The notes: a model not told the origin generated them from the letters alone. DNA of 64,000 nucleotides from Pirellulales bacterium (GCA_035546535.1 DASZWQ010000087.1:26189-90188); one strand, 5' to 3'; shown: positions 17,943 to 28,055, counted from the stretch's first letter. Numbers and translations: made by a program.

Positions 17943-20900
17943 ATGCTTCGCTTGCGGATTGCTTTTCGCGCGGCCCTGCTGGTTCACGCCGTCGTTCTAG
18001 CGACGGCGATCACCGCCTTGGCCCAAATGTCGCCGGAAGACGAATTGAAATCGTTGTCGGTGCCCGACGGCCTCGAACTCAAGCTCTTCGCCAGCGAGCC
18101 CATGATCACCAATCCTGCAGCCATCGACGTCGACACGCATGGTCGGGTGTGGGTCGCCGAGATCCAGTGGTATCGCGCCGCGGCCAAGCAACCAGCGGCT
18201 GACAAGATCAAGGTCCTCGAAGATACCGACGGCGATGGCCGCGCCGATCGCGTGGTGGTGTTCGCCGAAGACGTCTTCTGCCCGATGAGCATTTGCGTGG
18301 CGGGCGACAAAGTGTATGTCGCGACGAGCCCCGACTTGTGGGTTTACGAAGATAAGGACCACGACCTGAAGGCCGACGGTCCGCCGACCAAACTGCTCAC
18401 CGGTTTCAAGGGACAAAACCACGACCACGGCGCGCACAGCCTGGTGCTCGGTCCCGATCACAAGTGGTGGATGTCGCACGGCGACGCCGGCTTCGCCGTC
18501 ACCGGCACGGACGGCAGCCAGGTCGAGTATCAATGGGGCGCCGTCCTGCGCGGCGAGCTCGACGGCGCGAAGCTGGAAACGGTCGCCAAGAATTTTCGCA
18601 ATCCTTACGAAGTGTGTGTCAGCTCGTTCGGCGAATCGTACTTGAGCGACAACGACAACGACGGCAACTTCAGCGTTCGCATCTGCTGGCTGCTGGGCGG
18701 CGGCAACTACGGCTGGTTCGGACGGCCGCCGGCGCGCGTCCCGCACGAAACACCTTTCGGCGAGCATTGGCATTTCCGCGGCCACGTGCCCGGCTACGTG
18801 CCCGCGACGCTGGTTACCGGCTTTGGCTCGCCGTGTGGCATCTGCTTTTACGAAGGAGACGCGCTCGGGCCCCATTACAAGAATGCGGCGCTGCACACCG
18901 ATGCCGGCCCGCGCGAGGTGCGGCTGTACCGATTCGAAAAGTCGGGGGCCGGCATGCGGACCGACAGCGAGCTGATCGTCACCAGCAAGGACGACAAGTA
19001 TTTCCGGCCCGACGACATCTGCACGGCACCCGACGGAAGCGTGTACCTGTCCGACTGGTACGACGGCGGCGTCGGCGGCCACGCTTACAACAACCCCGAC
19101 CAGGGGCGCATCTTCCTGCTGCGTCCGGCCGGCAAAAAGCTCTCGCGCGTCGGCCAGCCCGGTCCATACTCAAACGTTCCTGACGCGATCGAAGGATTGA
19201 AGAACCCGAACCTGGCCACGCAGTTCCTGGCGCGCGAGCGGTTGCTGGCGGCCGGACAAGAGGCAGTGCCGGCGCTGGCCGCGCTTCTGCATGACGAAGA
19301 CCCGAACTATCGCGCCCGGGCCCTGTGGGTGCTCGATCGCGTCGGTGGCGAAGCGCGGCAAAAGGTTGCCGAACAGCTCAAGAGCCTGTCGGGGCGGGAA
19401 AGGGCTTTGGCCGTGCGCATCTTGCGTCGGCACGGCGAAGAGTATCGCGCGCCGCTCTTGGCACTGGCCGACGATCCCGAGATCGAAGTCCGCCGGGAAG
19501 TGATCCTGGCGCTGACCGATTGGCGCGGCGCCGACATCGACGCGGCCCTGTTGAGATTCGCTTCGGCGTACGACGGCACCGATCGCTACCTGCTCGAAGC
19601 GATTAACATCGCCGCGGGCGACCGGCGCAAAGAATTGGCCAAGGCACTGGCCGATGCCGGCCGCGTGTCGTTGGACAATGTCGATCTCGTGCAGGCGCTC
19701 GATCCGGATGCGGCCGCGCGCTTCGTGATCCAGGCTCTTGCGGATAAAAGGCTCGAAGCAGCGGCGCGTGGCCGGTTGCTCGTGCGTCTGAGCACGATTC
19801 CCTCGTTGGCTGCCGGCGAAGCCGTGTTGTCGGTCGCCGCCGATCGCGCCGAGCCACTCGCCACCCGGCAAGATGCGCTCGCGGCGCTTGGGCGCAATTT
19901 GGAGGGAGACTGGAAAGAACTGCCCGAGCGGCCGGAATTCCTCTCCGCAGCGGCGCAGTTGCTGACCGAATCGGACTTGCGCCAGCCGATGATCGCGCTC
20001 ATCGAAAAACAGGGCCTCAAGCCGTGCGGCAGCATGCTGCTGGTCGTGGCGCACGCCGCCAGCGTTCCGTCCGACGCGCGGGCCAAGGCACTGGCGGCGG
20101 CGGCGCGCTTGAACACCGCCGGAGCGGCGACGGCCTGCGAAGCGCTGCTCACGGCAAAAGACGAAGGCCTTCGGACAACCGCCGCTCGGGCCCTGGTCGA
20201 TCTGCAAGCCTGGGCCCCGATCAAAAAGTTGATCCTGGCACCTGATACGCCCCCCGCGCTGCGGCAAACCGCGCTTGAGCGCACAAGCGATAGCGTGGGC
20301 GGATCGCTCGTGCTCTTGAAATTGATCGAGGACGGCAAGCTGCCCGACGACGTGCGACAGGCAATCATTGCCCGTACCACCAGGCACGTCGACGCGGGCA
20401 TTCGCGTGCTGTATGAACGCTTCATCCCCGAGGGTGATCGGCCGAAGCGCCTGGGCGCGGCGGTGAAGCCGGATGAAATCCTGGCCCTGACGGGCGACGG
20501 CAACCGCGGCCGCACGATTTTCTTCAAGAGCTCGGCCGCCCGCTGCCAGTCGTGCCATCAGGTCAACGGTTTCGGCACGAAGGTTGGACCCGACCTGAGC
20601 CAGATCGGCAAGAAGTACGAACGCCGCACGCTGCTGGAAACCATTCTCGAACCCTCGAAGGCCATCGCGCCCGAGTTCGTCGTGCAGCTTGTGGAAACGG
20701 CGTCGGGCGAGGTTCACGCCGGTTTGATCGAACAACAGAACGACAAGGAAGTCGTGATCAAAAACGCGCAAGGCAAATCGATTCACGTGCCCAAGGAGGA
20801 TGTTGTCACGATCGAGCCACAGAGACAGTCGATGATGCCCGAGCTGGTCTTGCAGGATATCACGGCGCAAGACGCGGCCGACCTGCTGGCGTTTTTGACG

Positions 20901-20945
20901 TCGCTTACAAATGCCACACCCGCACAAGCGCCGGCGGGGGAATGA
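17943..20945 (+). CDS. PVC-type heme-binding CxxCH protein (membrane-bound dehydrogenase domain + HEAT repeats + C-terminal cytochrome c domain)
   Basis: Signal peptide from ATG 17943. The N-terminal segment LSVPDGLELKLFASEPMITNPAAIDVDTHGRVWVAE is followed by HEAT-like repeats. CQSCH lies at 20544-20558, followed by GPDLSQIG...SMMP. Confidence 0.88.
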   Translation: MLRLRIAFRAALLVHAVVLATAITALAQMSPEDELKSLSVPDGLELKLFASEPMITNPAAIDVDTHGRVWVAEIQWYRAAAKQPAADKIKVLEDTDGDGRADRVVVFAEDVFCPMSICVAGDKVYVATSPDLWVYEDKDHDLKADGPPTKLLTGFKGQNHDHGAHSLVLGPDHKWWMSHGDAGFAVTGTDGSQVEYQWGAVLRGELDGAKLETVAKNFRNPYEVCVSSFGESYLSDNDNDGNFSVRICWLLGGGNYGWFGRPPARVPHETPFGEHWHFRGHVPGYVPATLVTGFGSPCGICFYEGDALGPHYKNAALHTDAGPREVRLYRFEKSGAGMRTDSELIVTSKDDKYFRPDDICTAPDGSVYLSDWYDGGVGGHAYNNPDQGRIFLLRPAGKKLSRVGQPGPYSNVPDAIEGLKNPNLATQFLARERLLAAGQEAVPALAALLHDEDPNYRARALWVLDRVGGEARQKVAEQLKSLSGRERALAVRILRRHGEEYRAPLLALADDPEIEVRREVILALTDWRGADIDAALLRFASAYDGTDRYLLEAINIAAGDRRKELAKALADAGRVSLDNVDLVQALDPDAAARFVIQALADKRLEAAARGRLLVRLSTIPSLAAGEAVLSVAADRAEPLATRQDALAALGRNLEGDWKELPERPEFLSAAAQLLTESDLRQPMIALIEKQGLKPCGSMLLVVAHAASVPSDARAKALAAAARLNTAGAATACEALLTAKDEGLRTTAARALVDLQAWAPIKKLILAPDTPPALRQTALERTSDSVGGSLVLLKLIEDGKLPDDVRQAIIARTTRHVDAGIRVLYERFIPEGDRPKRLGAAVKPDEILALTGDGNRGRTIFFKSSAARCQSCHQVNGFGTKVGPDLSQIGKKYERRTLLETILEPSKAIAPEFVVQLVETASGEVHAGLIEQQNDKEVVIKNAQGKSIHVPKEDVVTIEPQRQSMMPELVLQDITAQDAADLLAFLTSLTNATPAQAPAGE

Positions 20946-23900
20946 TCGTGAAGCATCTTGGCAGAGGGATTCTGCAAACCGCCAACTGGTCGCGACGCAT
21001 TGGTGCCTGCGCAATCTTGGCGCTCTCGACCTCGAACATGCTGCGCGCCGCTGAGCCGGCTGCACAAGCGCCGCCCGCGCCGATGCTTGTCCCGCACGGA
21101 CAGAACAGGGCGCCGGGCCCCGCGCTATCTCCCAGCGAAGCCATGGCGCGCATGACGGTGCCGGAAGGGTTTTCCGTTGAACTCGTGGCGGCCGAGCCTG
21201 ACCTGGTGAACCCCGTCGCCATGACGTTCGACGAGCGCGGGCGGATCTGGGTGACCGAAAGCCTCGAATACCCACGGCGCGAGCCGGGCCCGGGCCGCGA
21301 CCGCGTGAAGATCCTCGAAGACACCAACCACGACGGCCGCGCGGACCGGTTCACGATCTTCGCCGACGGATTGAATATCCCGTCGGGCATCGCCGTCGGC
21401 GCGGGCGGCGCATGGGTGGCCAACGCGCCCGATATCTTGTTCTTGCAGGATACCAACGGTGACGATCGGGCCGATCGACGCGAGGTGGTCGTCACTGGGT
21501 TCGGCCGTGACGACACGCACGAGCTTCCCAATTCGCTCACCTGGGGACCGGACGGTTGGCTCTACGGCCTGAACGGCGTCTTCAATCGCAGCGTGGTCCG
21601 GCAGGACGATCGCGAGCTGCGCTTCACGGCCGCCATGTTTCGCATCGATCCGCGCACGCGCCACTTCGAACTCTTTGCCGAAGGAACGAGCAACCCGTGG
21701 GGCATCGCCTGGGACCATGCTGGCAGCGCCTTCGTCAGCGCTTGCGTGATCGACCATTTGTGGCACCTGGTCGAGACGGGCTACTACCATCGGCAGGCCG
21801 GCGCGTATCCTCCCTTCACGTGGAAGATCGAGTCGATCGTCAAGCATCATCATCAGCAGGCGGCCTACTGCGGCATCCACTTTTTCGACAGCGACGCCTA
21901 CCCGGCCGAGTATCGCGGCAAGCTGTACATGGGCAACATCCATGGTAACTGCATCAACTGTGACGCGATCGCGCGCAACGGCGCGACGTATGCCGGCCGG
22001 CCTGAGAAGGACTTTCTCTCCGCCAACGATGCCTGGTTCATGCCCGTCGTGCAAAAGACGGGACCCGACGGCTGCTTGTACATTCTCGATTGGTACGATC
22101 GGTACCACTGCTACCAGGACGCCAACCGCGACCCGGCCGGCATCGATCGGGGGCGCGGCCGCCTGTACCGCGTGCGCTACAAGGACACGCCGCGGGCTGG
22201 CGCCCTCGACCTGGCGCAAGAATCGACGCTGCAGCTCGTCGAGCGCTTGCGCAGCCCGAATGTCTTTTTCCGCGACATCGCGCAGCGGCTGTTGGCCGAA
22301 CGGGCCGAGCCCGAGGCGCTCGATCAACTCGAACAGTTAGTGCTCGACGACACGGCGCCGCGCACCGCGCGGATGCATGCCCTGTGGGCGCTCCTGGGGG
22401 CGGGCGCACTCGATCCAGGTTTTCACTCCAAGCTGCTCGAGCATAATGATGCCGACTTGCGCGCCTGGGGCGTGCGGGCCGCGGGGAACCAGCGCACGAT
22501 CGCCGTCGGGTTACGCCACGAGATCGTCACCCTTGCCGCCGATCCCGCGCCCGAAGTGCGGCTGCAAGTCGCGATCGCCGCCGGCAAGATCGCCGACGTC
22601 GACACGGTCGATTTGTTGGTCGAGGTTTTGTGCCGCTCGGCCGATGATCCGCTGATTCCGCACATCGTGTGGCAGAATTTGCATCCGCGCCTCGAGCGCG
22701 ACGCCGACCGCTGCTTCGCGGCGCTCGCGCGCGACGGACGCCGCGAATCCCCCGGCGCGGCGCTCATCTTGCCGCGCCTGTGCGAGCGTTTGCTGGCGAC
22801 GCGACCGCTCCCGGCCGAGCAGATTGCCCGCGCGCTCACGCTGGCGGTGCAGGCCGCCGACGCCCAGCCGGTGTTCGCCGAGGCGGGCGTGCGATGCCTG
22901 GATACGGTCGCCGACGAGATTCGCGATCGCGAGCTGGCCGAGTCTGACGCCGCGCAATTGCAAAAGGCCTGCGCACCGCTGGTCGCCACGCTGCGCAAGC
23001 GCGCCGACCATGATTCGCTGCGCGTAGCTGCTGTTCTGCTGGCGGCTTCGTGGAACGATGCCACGGCGGTCGAGGCAGCACGCGAGATTCTGGTCGCGCC
23101 CCGATATTCCGATGCCGCACGCGGCCAGGCGCTCGAGGCCCTGGTGACCCTGCACGATGAGAAACTGCTGACGGCGCTTAAGCCCCTTTTTGCGGAGGGC
23201 GATCAGGCCAGTACCGACTTGCAGCGCCGCGTGTTGGGATCGCTGGCACGTCTCGACCACGACGATGTCGCGCTCCTGGCGCTCGAGGTATTCTCGCGGC
23301 TCGCCCCCGAGTTGCAGCCACAGGCGGTTGGCCTGCTGACGAGCCGGCCCGCTTGGGGACGGAAGCTGCTACAAGCACTGGCCGACGGAGCCATCGATCG
23401 TTCGGCCGTGAACGCCAGCCACATCCGCAAGCTGCTGGCCGCCGGCGACAACGAACTGCGCGACCAGGTGGCGCGCGTCTGGGGCACCTTGCGCGAGGAA
23501 CGCAGCCAGGATCGAGAGAATGTCATCCGCCAGACGCGGCAACTCGTGCGCACGAGCCTCGGCGACCCCGCGGCTGGGCGGCTGGTTTTCCGCAAAGTGT
23601 GCGGCAACTGCCACAAGATCTATGGCGAAGGGCAGGAAGTCGGCCCCGACCTGACGGTCAATGGTCGCGGCTCGTACGAGCAGCTGATATCGAACGTGCT
23701 CGATCCCAGTTTAGTGATCGGCGCCGCCTATCAGGCGCGTACGGTCGTAACCGACGATGGTCGCATTCTCACGGGCCTCTTGGTCGAGGACAGCCCCCAG
23801 CGCGTCGTCCTCAAACAACAAGGGGGCAAGCTCGAGACCATCCCGCGCGACGGGATCGCCGAAATGGACACGAGCAAACTGTCGCTCATGCCCGAGGATC

Positions 23901-24022
23901 TCGATCGTCAACTGACGCCGCAGCAACTGGTCGACCTGCTGACTTTTCTGGCGCTCGATCGGGCCCCCGAGGATCCCGAGGCGAAATGGCTGTCAGGCTT
24001 TGACGGTCCGGCCGCGCGATAG
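20942..24022 (+). CDS. PVC-type heme-binding CxxCH protein, paralog 2
   Basis: ATG 20942 overlaps the upstream stop (ATGA). Signal-like N-terminus, then MTVPEGFSVELVAAEPDLVNPVAMTFDERGRIWVTE and HEAT repeats. CGNCH lies at 23600-23614, followed by GPDLTVNG...SLMP. Confidence 0.88.
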   Translation: MIVKHLGRGILQTANWSRRIGACAILALSTSNMLRAAEPAAQAPPAPMLVPHGQNRAPGPALSPSEAMARMTVPEGFSVELVAAEPDLVNPVAMTFDERGRIWVTESLEYPRREPGPGRDRVKILEDTNHDGRADRFTIFADGLNIPSGIAVGAGGAWVANAPDILFLQDTNGDDRADRREVVVTGFGRDDTHELPNSLTWGPDGWLYGLNGVFNRSVVRQDDRELRFTAAMFRIDPRTRHFELFAEGTSNPWGIAWDHAGSAFVSACVIDHLWHLVETGYYHRQAGAYPPFTWKIESIVKHHHQQAAYCGIHFFDSDAYPAEYRGKLYMGNIHGNCINCDAIARNGATYAGRPEKDFLSANDAWFMPVVQKTGPDGCLYILDWYDRYHCYQDANRDPAGIDRGRGRLYRVRYKDTPRAGALDLAQESTLQLVERLRSPNVFFRDIAQRLLAERAEPEALDQLEQLVLDDTAPRTARMHALWALLGAGALDPGFHSKLLEHNDADLRAWGVRAAGNQRTIAVGLRHEIVTLAADPAPEVRLQVAIAAGKIADVDTVDLLVEVLCRSADDPLIPHIVWQNLHPRLERDADRCFAALARDGRRESPGAALILPRLCERLLATRPLPAEQIARALTLAVQAADAQPVFAEAGVRCLDTVADEIRDRELAESDAAQLQKACAPLVATLRKRADHDSLRVAAVLLAASWNDATAVEAAREILVAPRYSDAARGQALEALVTLHDEKLLTALKPLFAEGDQASTDLQRRVLGSLARLDHDDVALLALEVFSRLAPELQPQAVGLLTSRPAWGRKLLQALADGAIDRSAVNASHIRKLLAAGDNELRDQVARVWGTLREERSQDRENVIRQTRQLVRTSLGDPAAGRLVFRKVCGNCHKIYGEGQEVGPDLTVNGRGSYEQLISNVLDPSLVIGAAYQARTVVTDDGRILTGLLVEDSPQRVVLKQQGGKLETIPRDGIAEMDTSKLSLMPEDLDRQLTPQQLVDLLTFLALDRAPEDPEAKWLSGFDGPAAR

Positions 24023-24191
24023 TGCCGAAAAAACGTTTTGCACAAGTTGGTGCCGACCATTAGCTTGAAGGGGCCGCGCAAATAGCGGTCAGGCGCGAGC
24101 GAGCCCGCCTCCAGGTGCTAAATTTCAGGGTGCGTCGCGATTTCGCCTCGAGCACCGTGCGTGCCCTCGCAACACAGGAGTCAGGGAAGCC

Positions 24192-24716
24192 ATGTCGAGC
24201 GAATCCTCGAATCTACCGCCCCTGGGCGCCACCGAGCTACCGCGCCTGGGCAGTCTCGCCCAGGCGGTGCGCGACAAGTCGCTGCGACAAGCGCGCAATA
24301 TGCTGATTATCATCGGTGTGATCACGGTCGCGGTGAATTTGTTCGCGGCGATCGAAATACGTGATCGCATCCAAAAAGAAGCAGCCGGCTTGCAGGCCAA
24401 GGGGCAATTGATCGATCACGACAAGCTCGAAGCGCTGATTCGCGCCGGCCAGGTCAGTCTCGGCGCTTTCGTCGTGCTGGGTATCATCTTTTTGCTGCTC
24501 GGGTTGACGGTACGCACCTATCCCGTACCGATTACCATCACTGCGTTTGTCCTTTACGTCGCCGCGAATGTCATTGTGGCGATCTCCGACCCGTCAGTGC
24601 TGGCATCCGGATTCATCTTCAAAATCATTGTCGTTGCGGCGCTCGTGAAGGCGATTCAAGCGGCCCTGGCCTATCAGCGGGAAGAGGCAGCTTCGCTGGG
24701 CGGCGCGGCGGCGTGA
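24192..24716 (+). CDS. Hypothetical membrane protein (first gene of the CPBP module)
   Basis: 174 aa. AGGAG lies upstream of the ATG. Three or four TM segments and a coiled-coil-like loop. Confidence 0.6.
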   Translation: MSSESSNLPPLGATELPRLGSLAQAVRDKSLRQARNMLIIIGVITVAVNLFAAIEIRDRIQKEAAGLQAKGQLIDHDKLEALIRAGQVSLGAFVVLGIIFLLLGLTVRTYPVPITITAFVLYVAANVIVAISDPSVLASGFIFKIIVVAALVKAIQAALAYQREEAASLGGAAA

Positions 24717-25558
24717 CAGGCATGGATGACGCGCTTTTGCCGCCGGATCATTTTTCCCAGCCTTTTGCGGCCGACGGCGATACCGCGCCCGAGCCGACGG
24801 TCACCTGTTGGCGCTGTCACAGGGCCTCGCCGGCTTCGACGGCCATTTGCCCCTATTGCGAGGCGGAGCTTGCCCCACCCGTTCTCGGCAAGCGGCGCGC
24901 AAGCGCTTCGCCCATTGCGCCGGTGTGCTTCGTCTTTTCGCTGCTGCTCGTGGTGACGATCGTGCAAGCGGGTCTTACGTTTTTCGTCGATCCCGATGCC
25001 CGCAATGCCGACGCGCAGCGGCTGCAGATCATGTTCGTGGCCGAAGCGATCGACACGGCGATCGTGATCGCGGCCTGGGCTCTGCTGGGGCGCCGGATTC
25101 CGCCTTTCGGCGCAGGTCCGTCGCGCCCTTGGGTCGCCTGGTGCGCCGCGCCGTTCGTGCTGATGGCTGCCTTGGGTGCGAATGTCGGGTACCACGCGCT
25201 GTTGCGCGCTTACATCAACTGGCCCGGCGAGATCGACGCCCGGGCGCTGCCAGCGCCCGACTTGACACTGGCGATCCTGGCCATCTGCGTCCAGCCGGCC
25301 ATCATCGAGGAGCTGTTTTTCCGCTACCTTTCCCTTGGCGCTCTGCGCGACAGCATGAACATTCATGGCGCCGTATTCGTCTCGTCGGTGATGTTTGGCG
25401 TTGCACACGTCGGCTCGCCTTTGAGCGTCCCCGTCCTGGTGCTGCTGGGATTCACGCTCGGGTACTTGCGCGTCTTCAGCGGTGGGCTGGCCCTGCCGAT
25501 GCTGGTTCATTTTGCTCATAACGCGGCGATTCTTCTGGCCGAACATTTACTCCCGTGA
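24713..25558 (+). CDS. CPBP-family intramembrane glutamic endopeptidase (CAAX protease / Abi-like) with N-terminal zinc ribbon
   Basis: Motifs IIEELFFR, MFGVAHV and HFAHN match CPBP motifs 1-3. The N-terminal CWRC...CPYC forms a four-Cys ribbon. Start-stop overlaps with both neighbours. Confidence 0.8.
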   Translation: MTGMDDALLPPDHFSQPFAADGDTAPEPTVTCWRCHRASPASTAICPYCEAELAPPVLGKRRASASPIAPVCFVFSLLLVVTIVQAGLTFFVDPDARNADAQRLQIMFVAEAIDTAIVIAAWALLGRRIPPFGAGPSRPWVAWCAAPFVLMAALGANVGYHALLRAYINWPGEIDARALPAPDLTLAILAICVQPAIIEELFFRYLSLGALRDSMNIHGAVFVSSVMFGVAHVGSPLSVPVLVLLGFTLGYLRVFSGGLALPMLVHFAHNAAILLAEHLLP

Positions 25559-26484
25559 TTGGCAAAACCATCGAAACCGCGCCGCGGCTGCCGTGGGGCA
25601 CGATCTTTTGGCTGGCCGTGGGAGGCACCATGATCGGCGCAAGCTTCCTGCTGGGAAACCGGCACTGGGCCGTCGCCGCTGCCGCGCCCATCCTGCTGGG
25701 GCTCGCTCTGTTGTGGGCGCGGGGAAAACCACTGCACGTCCGCGTGACCGAGACGGGACTGGAAACCGGCGGCCCGTTGGACGTCATTCCCTACGAGTCC
25801 CTCGAAATGCTCTCCTTCGCCGGTGGCGATCCCCTGTCGCCCAAGAGCACGTTGTACGTCTACCACCAGCGCGGCATCCTGGCGTTGCCCGCCGACCTAT
25901 CGGTCGATCGTGGCGAGTTGCAGGCGTTTCTCGCGCACTGCCTGGCGACGTTCAAACGTCCACGAGTCCCAGCGAACCTGGCCGGCTACCTGGCCGACCA
26001 GCAGGCAAAGTTTGGCGGCCAGCACGTGTGGACCTATGGCGGTCGCAACATCATTCGCTCGCCGCGCAAGAATTTGGCGCGCACGGTGCTGGGGACCCTC
26101 GCATTGACAGGTCTCGTCTGGATCGTGGCAGGCGCCGTGATGGGCGGACACGAAACCTGGATCGGCGCCGGCATCATCTGCGGCTTGCTTTTCGGGCTGT
26201 TGTTCCTGGCGACGCTGGCGCGGCCTGCGCCCCCCTTGAGAATCAAAAACTGGCGCGACGCATGCCTCGTCATCAGCCCACTGGGCATAGCGCTCTCGCA
26301 AGGGGACACGCACGGGCAAATGCGCTGGAGCGAGCTGCGTGATATGAAACTCATCCAGCCGCGCGGCACGCCCGTGCTTCTGCGGCTCAACGTGGCCGGA
26401 GCGCAGATTCTGTTGCCTGACATTTACGACGCGCCGCTGGCCACGATCCATCAGCAGATGCGCGACTACTGGCGGCGACCCTGA
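25555..26484 (+). CDS. Hypothetical membrane protein with two (TM hairpin + soluble domain) modules
   Basis: GTG 25555 overlaps the upstream TGA. The TM hairpins are at about aa 15-55 and 175-220, and each is followed by a 70-100 aa soluble segment. Confidence 0.55.
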   Translation: MIGKTIETAPRLPWGTIFWLAVGGTMIGASFLLGNRHWAVAAAAPILLGLALLWARGKPLHVRVTETGLETGGPLDVIPYESLEMLSFAGGDPLSPKSTLYVYHQRGILALPADLSVDRGELQAFLAHCLATFKRPRVPANLAGYLADQQAKFGGQHVWTYGGRNIIRSPRKNLARTVLGTLALTGLVWIVAGAVMGGHETWIGAGIICGLLFGLLFLATLARPAPPLRIKNWRDACLVISPLGIALSQGDTHGQMRWSELRDMKLIQPRGTPVLLRLNVAGAQILLPDIYDAPLATIHQQMRDYWRRP

Positions 26485-26505
26485 CGAGCGTGTCAGAGCC
26501 GGGCT

Positions 26506-27048
26506 TTACTCTTCGCCTAGCATGCGATGCAGCTCTTGGATCGTATTCCAATTCCTCAGCGTGACGGGGGATCCGGCCGCCCTGTCGAGAACCGCGGGCG
26601 TCAATTTCGATTGGCCTACGCTTTCGATGAAGTCGATCCACAGGCCATCGCCGACCACTCGGATTTTTTCTCCTCGGGTGGCGTAGCGAGCCAGGTTCGC
26701 AACCATGGTCTTCGGACAGGGGACCTTGGCTAGTCCCAAATGCACCAGATGAGGACGGGTATGAGCGGAGCCCTGGAAAGGGCTCCGCGCAAAATATTGC
26801 TTCCACTGCGCGGCGGTTCTGACGATGACGGGCACCTCGAAATGGAAGGTGTCGAGGACGACGGCTTCCAACCGCGCGCTCGCTTGTTCCGGCTTCAATT
26901 TGCCGACGTCCACGACGAGGTTGCCGCTTTGGATATAGGTCCGCGGATTCTTAAAGCCCGCCTTGGTCACGGCCGCGCAAAGCGCCGCCATCGGCACCTT
27001 TCGGTGGCCGCCGACATTGATCCCTCGCAGAAGCGCGACTATTTTCAT
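26506..27048 (-). CDS. DUF1697 domain-containing protein
   Basis: MKIVALLRGINVGGHRKVPMAAL...YIQSGNLVV is the characteristic DUF1697 N-terminus. Confidence 0.8.
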   Translation of the reverse strand: MKIVALLRGINVGGHRKVPMAALCAAVTKAGFKNPRTYIQSGNLVVDVGKLKPEQASARLEAVVLDTFHFEVPVIVRTAAQWKQYFARSPFQGSAHTRPHLVHLGLAKVPCPKTMVANLARYATRGEKIRVVGDGLWIDFIESVGQSKLTPAVLDRAAGSPVTLRNWNTIQELHRMLGEE

Positions 27049-27090
27049 CGGATATCAACTTACCGACCGCCCACGCAGGGAGAAACCATC

Positions 27091-27987
27091 ATGACGCGTT
27101 TCGTCGCTACGGCACTACTCGCAGGTTTAATCTTCGGCGGAGTTCTGCGCGGCGCGCAGGCCGAGGAACCGCCGCAATTACTTCTCTGGCCCGAGGGCGC
27201 GCCGGGCGCGGTCGGCAGCGAAGACACCGATAAGCCCTGCGTGTGGCTGCATCGGCCGCCAGCCGAAAAAGCGGGCGGCGGCGCCGTGATCGTCTGCCCC
27301 GGCGGAGGCTACGGTCACCTGGCCATGACGTACGAGGGGCACGAAGTCGCCGACTGGTTCAACGAGTATGGCGTCACGGGCTTCGTCCTGCGTTATCGCC
27401 TCGCTCCCCGGTACCATCACCCGGCGCCGATATCGGACGCCCAACGTGCCATTCGCCTGGTGCGCTCCCGCGCCAAAGAGTGGGGGATCGATCCGGCGCG
27501 GATTGGCATCATGGGCTTTTCGGCAGGTGGGCACCTGGCTTCGACCGCGGCCACGCATTTCGACGATGGCAAATCAGACGCTGCGGACCCGATCGACCGC
27601 GTGAGCTGCCGGCCTGATTTCGCGATCCTGGCTTATCCCGTGATCACGCTGACCGGGGAGTACGCACATGGCGGTTCGCGCGAAAACCTATTGGGCAAGA
27701 ACCCGCCGCCCGACCTGGTGGCCAGCCTTTGCAATCAAAACCAGGTGACGTCGCGCACTCCGCCGACGTTTCTGTTTCATACCGCGGCCGATAAGCCGGT
27801 GCCGCCGGAAAACAGCATCATGTTCTTCCAGGCGCTGCGCAAGGCCAACGTTCCCGGCGAGATGCATATCTACCAGGAGGGACCGCACGGCGTGGGACTG
27901 GCGCGCAACAATCCCGTGCTCTCCACCTGGCCCGAATGCCTGGCCACGTGGCTGGAAGAGCGCGGCGTGCTGAAGAAGAAGGAGTAG
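27091..27987 (+). CDS. Secreted alpha/beta hydrolase (esterase/lipase fold-3-like)
   Basis: Signal peptide from ATG 27091, with GGGAGA upstream. It has an oxyanion CPGGGY and the nucleophile elbow GFSAGGH. Confidence 0.8.
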   Translation: MTRFVATALLAGLIFGGVLRGAQAEEPPQLLLWPEGAPGAVGSEDTDKPCVWLHRPPAEKAGGGAVIVCPGGGYGHLAMTYEGHEVADWFNEYGVTGFVLRYRLAPRYHHPAPISDAQRAIRLVRSRAKEWGIDPARIGIMGFSAGGHLASTAATHFDDGKSDAADPIDRVSCRPDFAILAYPVITLTGEYAHGGSRENLLGKNPPPDLVASLCNQNQVTSRTPPTFLFHTAADKPVPPENSIMFFQALRKANVPGEMHIYQEGPHGVGLARNNPVLSTWPECLATWLEERGVLKKKE

Positions 27988-28055
27988 AATGCGCGATGGC
28001 GTAGACGTTTCAGCACAACGTCGAACATCGCGGTACGTTTTGACCCTCCCCCTGC

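Noticed and set aside
19170-21275. 701-aa minus-strand ORF spanning the junction of the two heme-protein genes.
   Set aside because: It is antisense to two genes with clear domain motifs and CxxCH sites. The product is Arg-rich with no recognisable domain.
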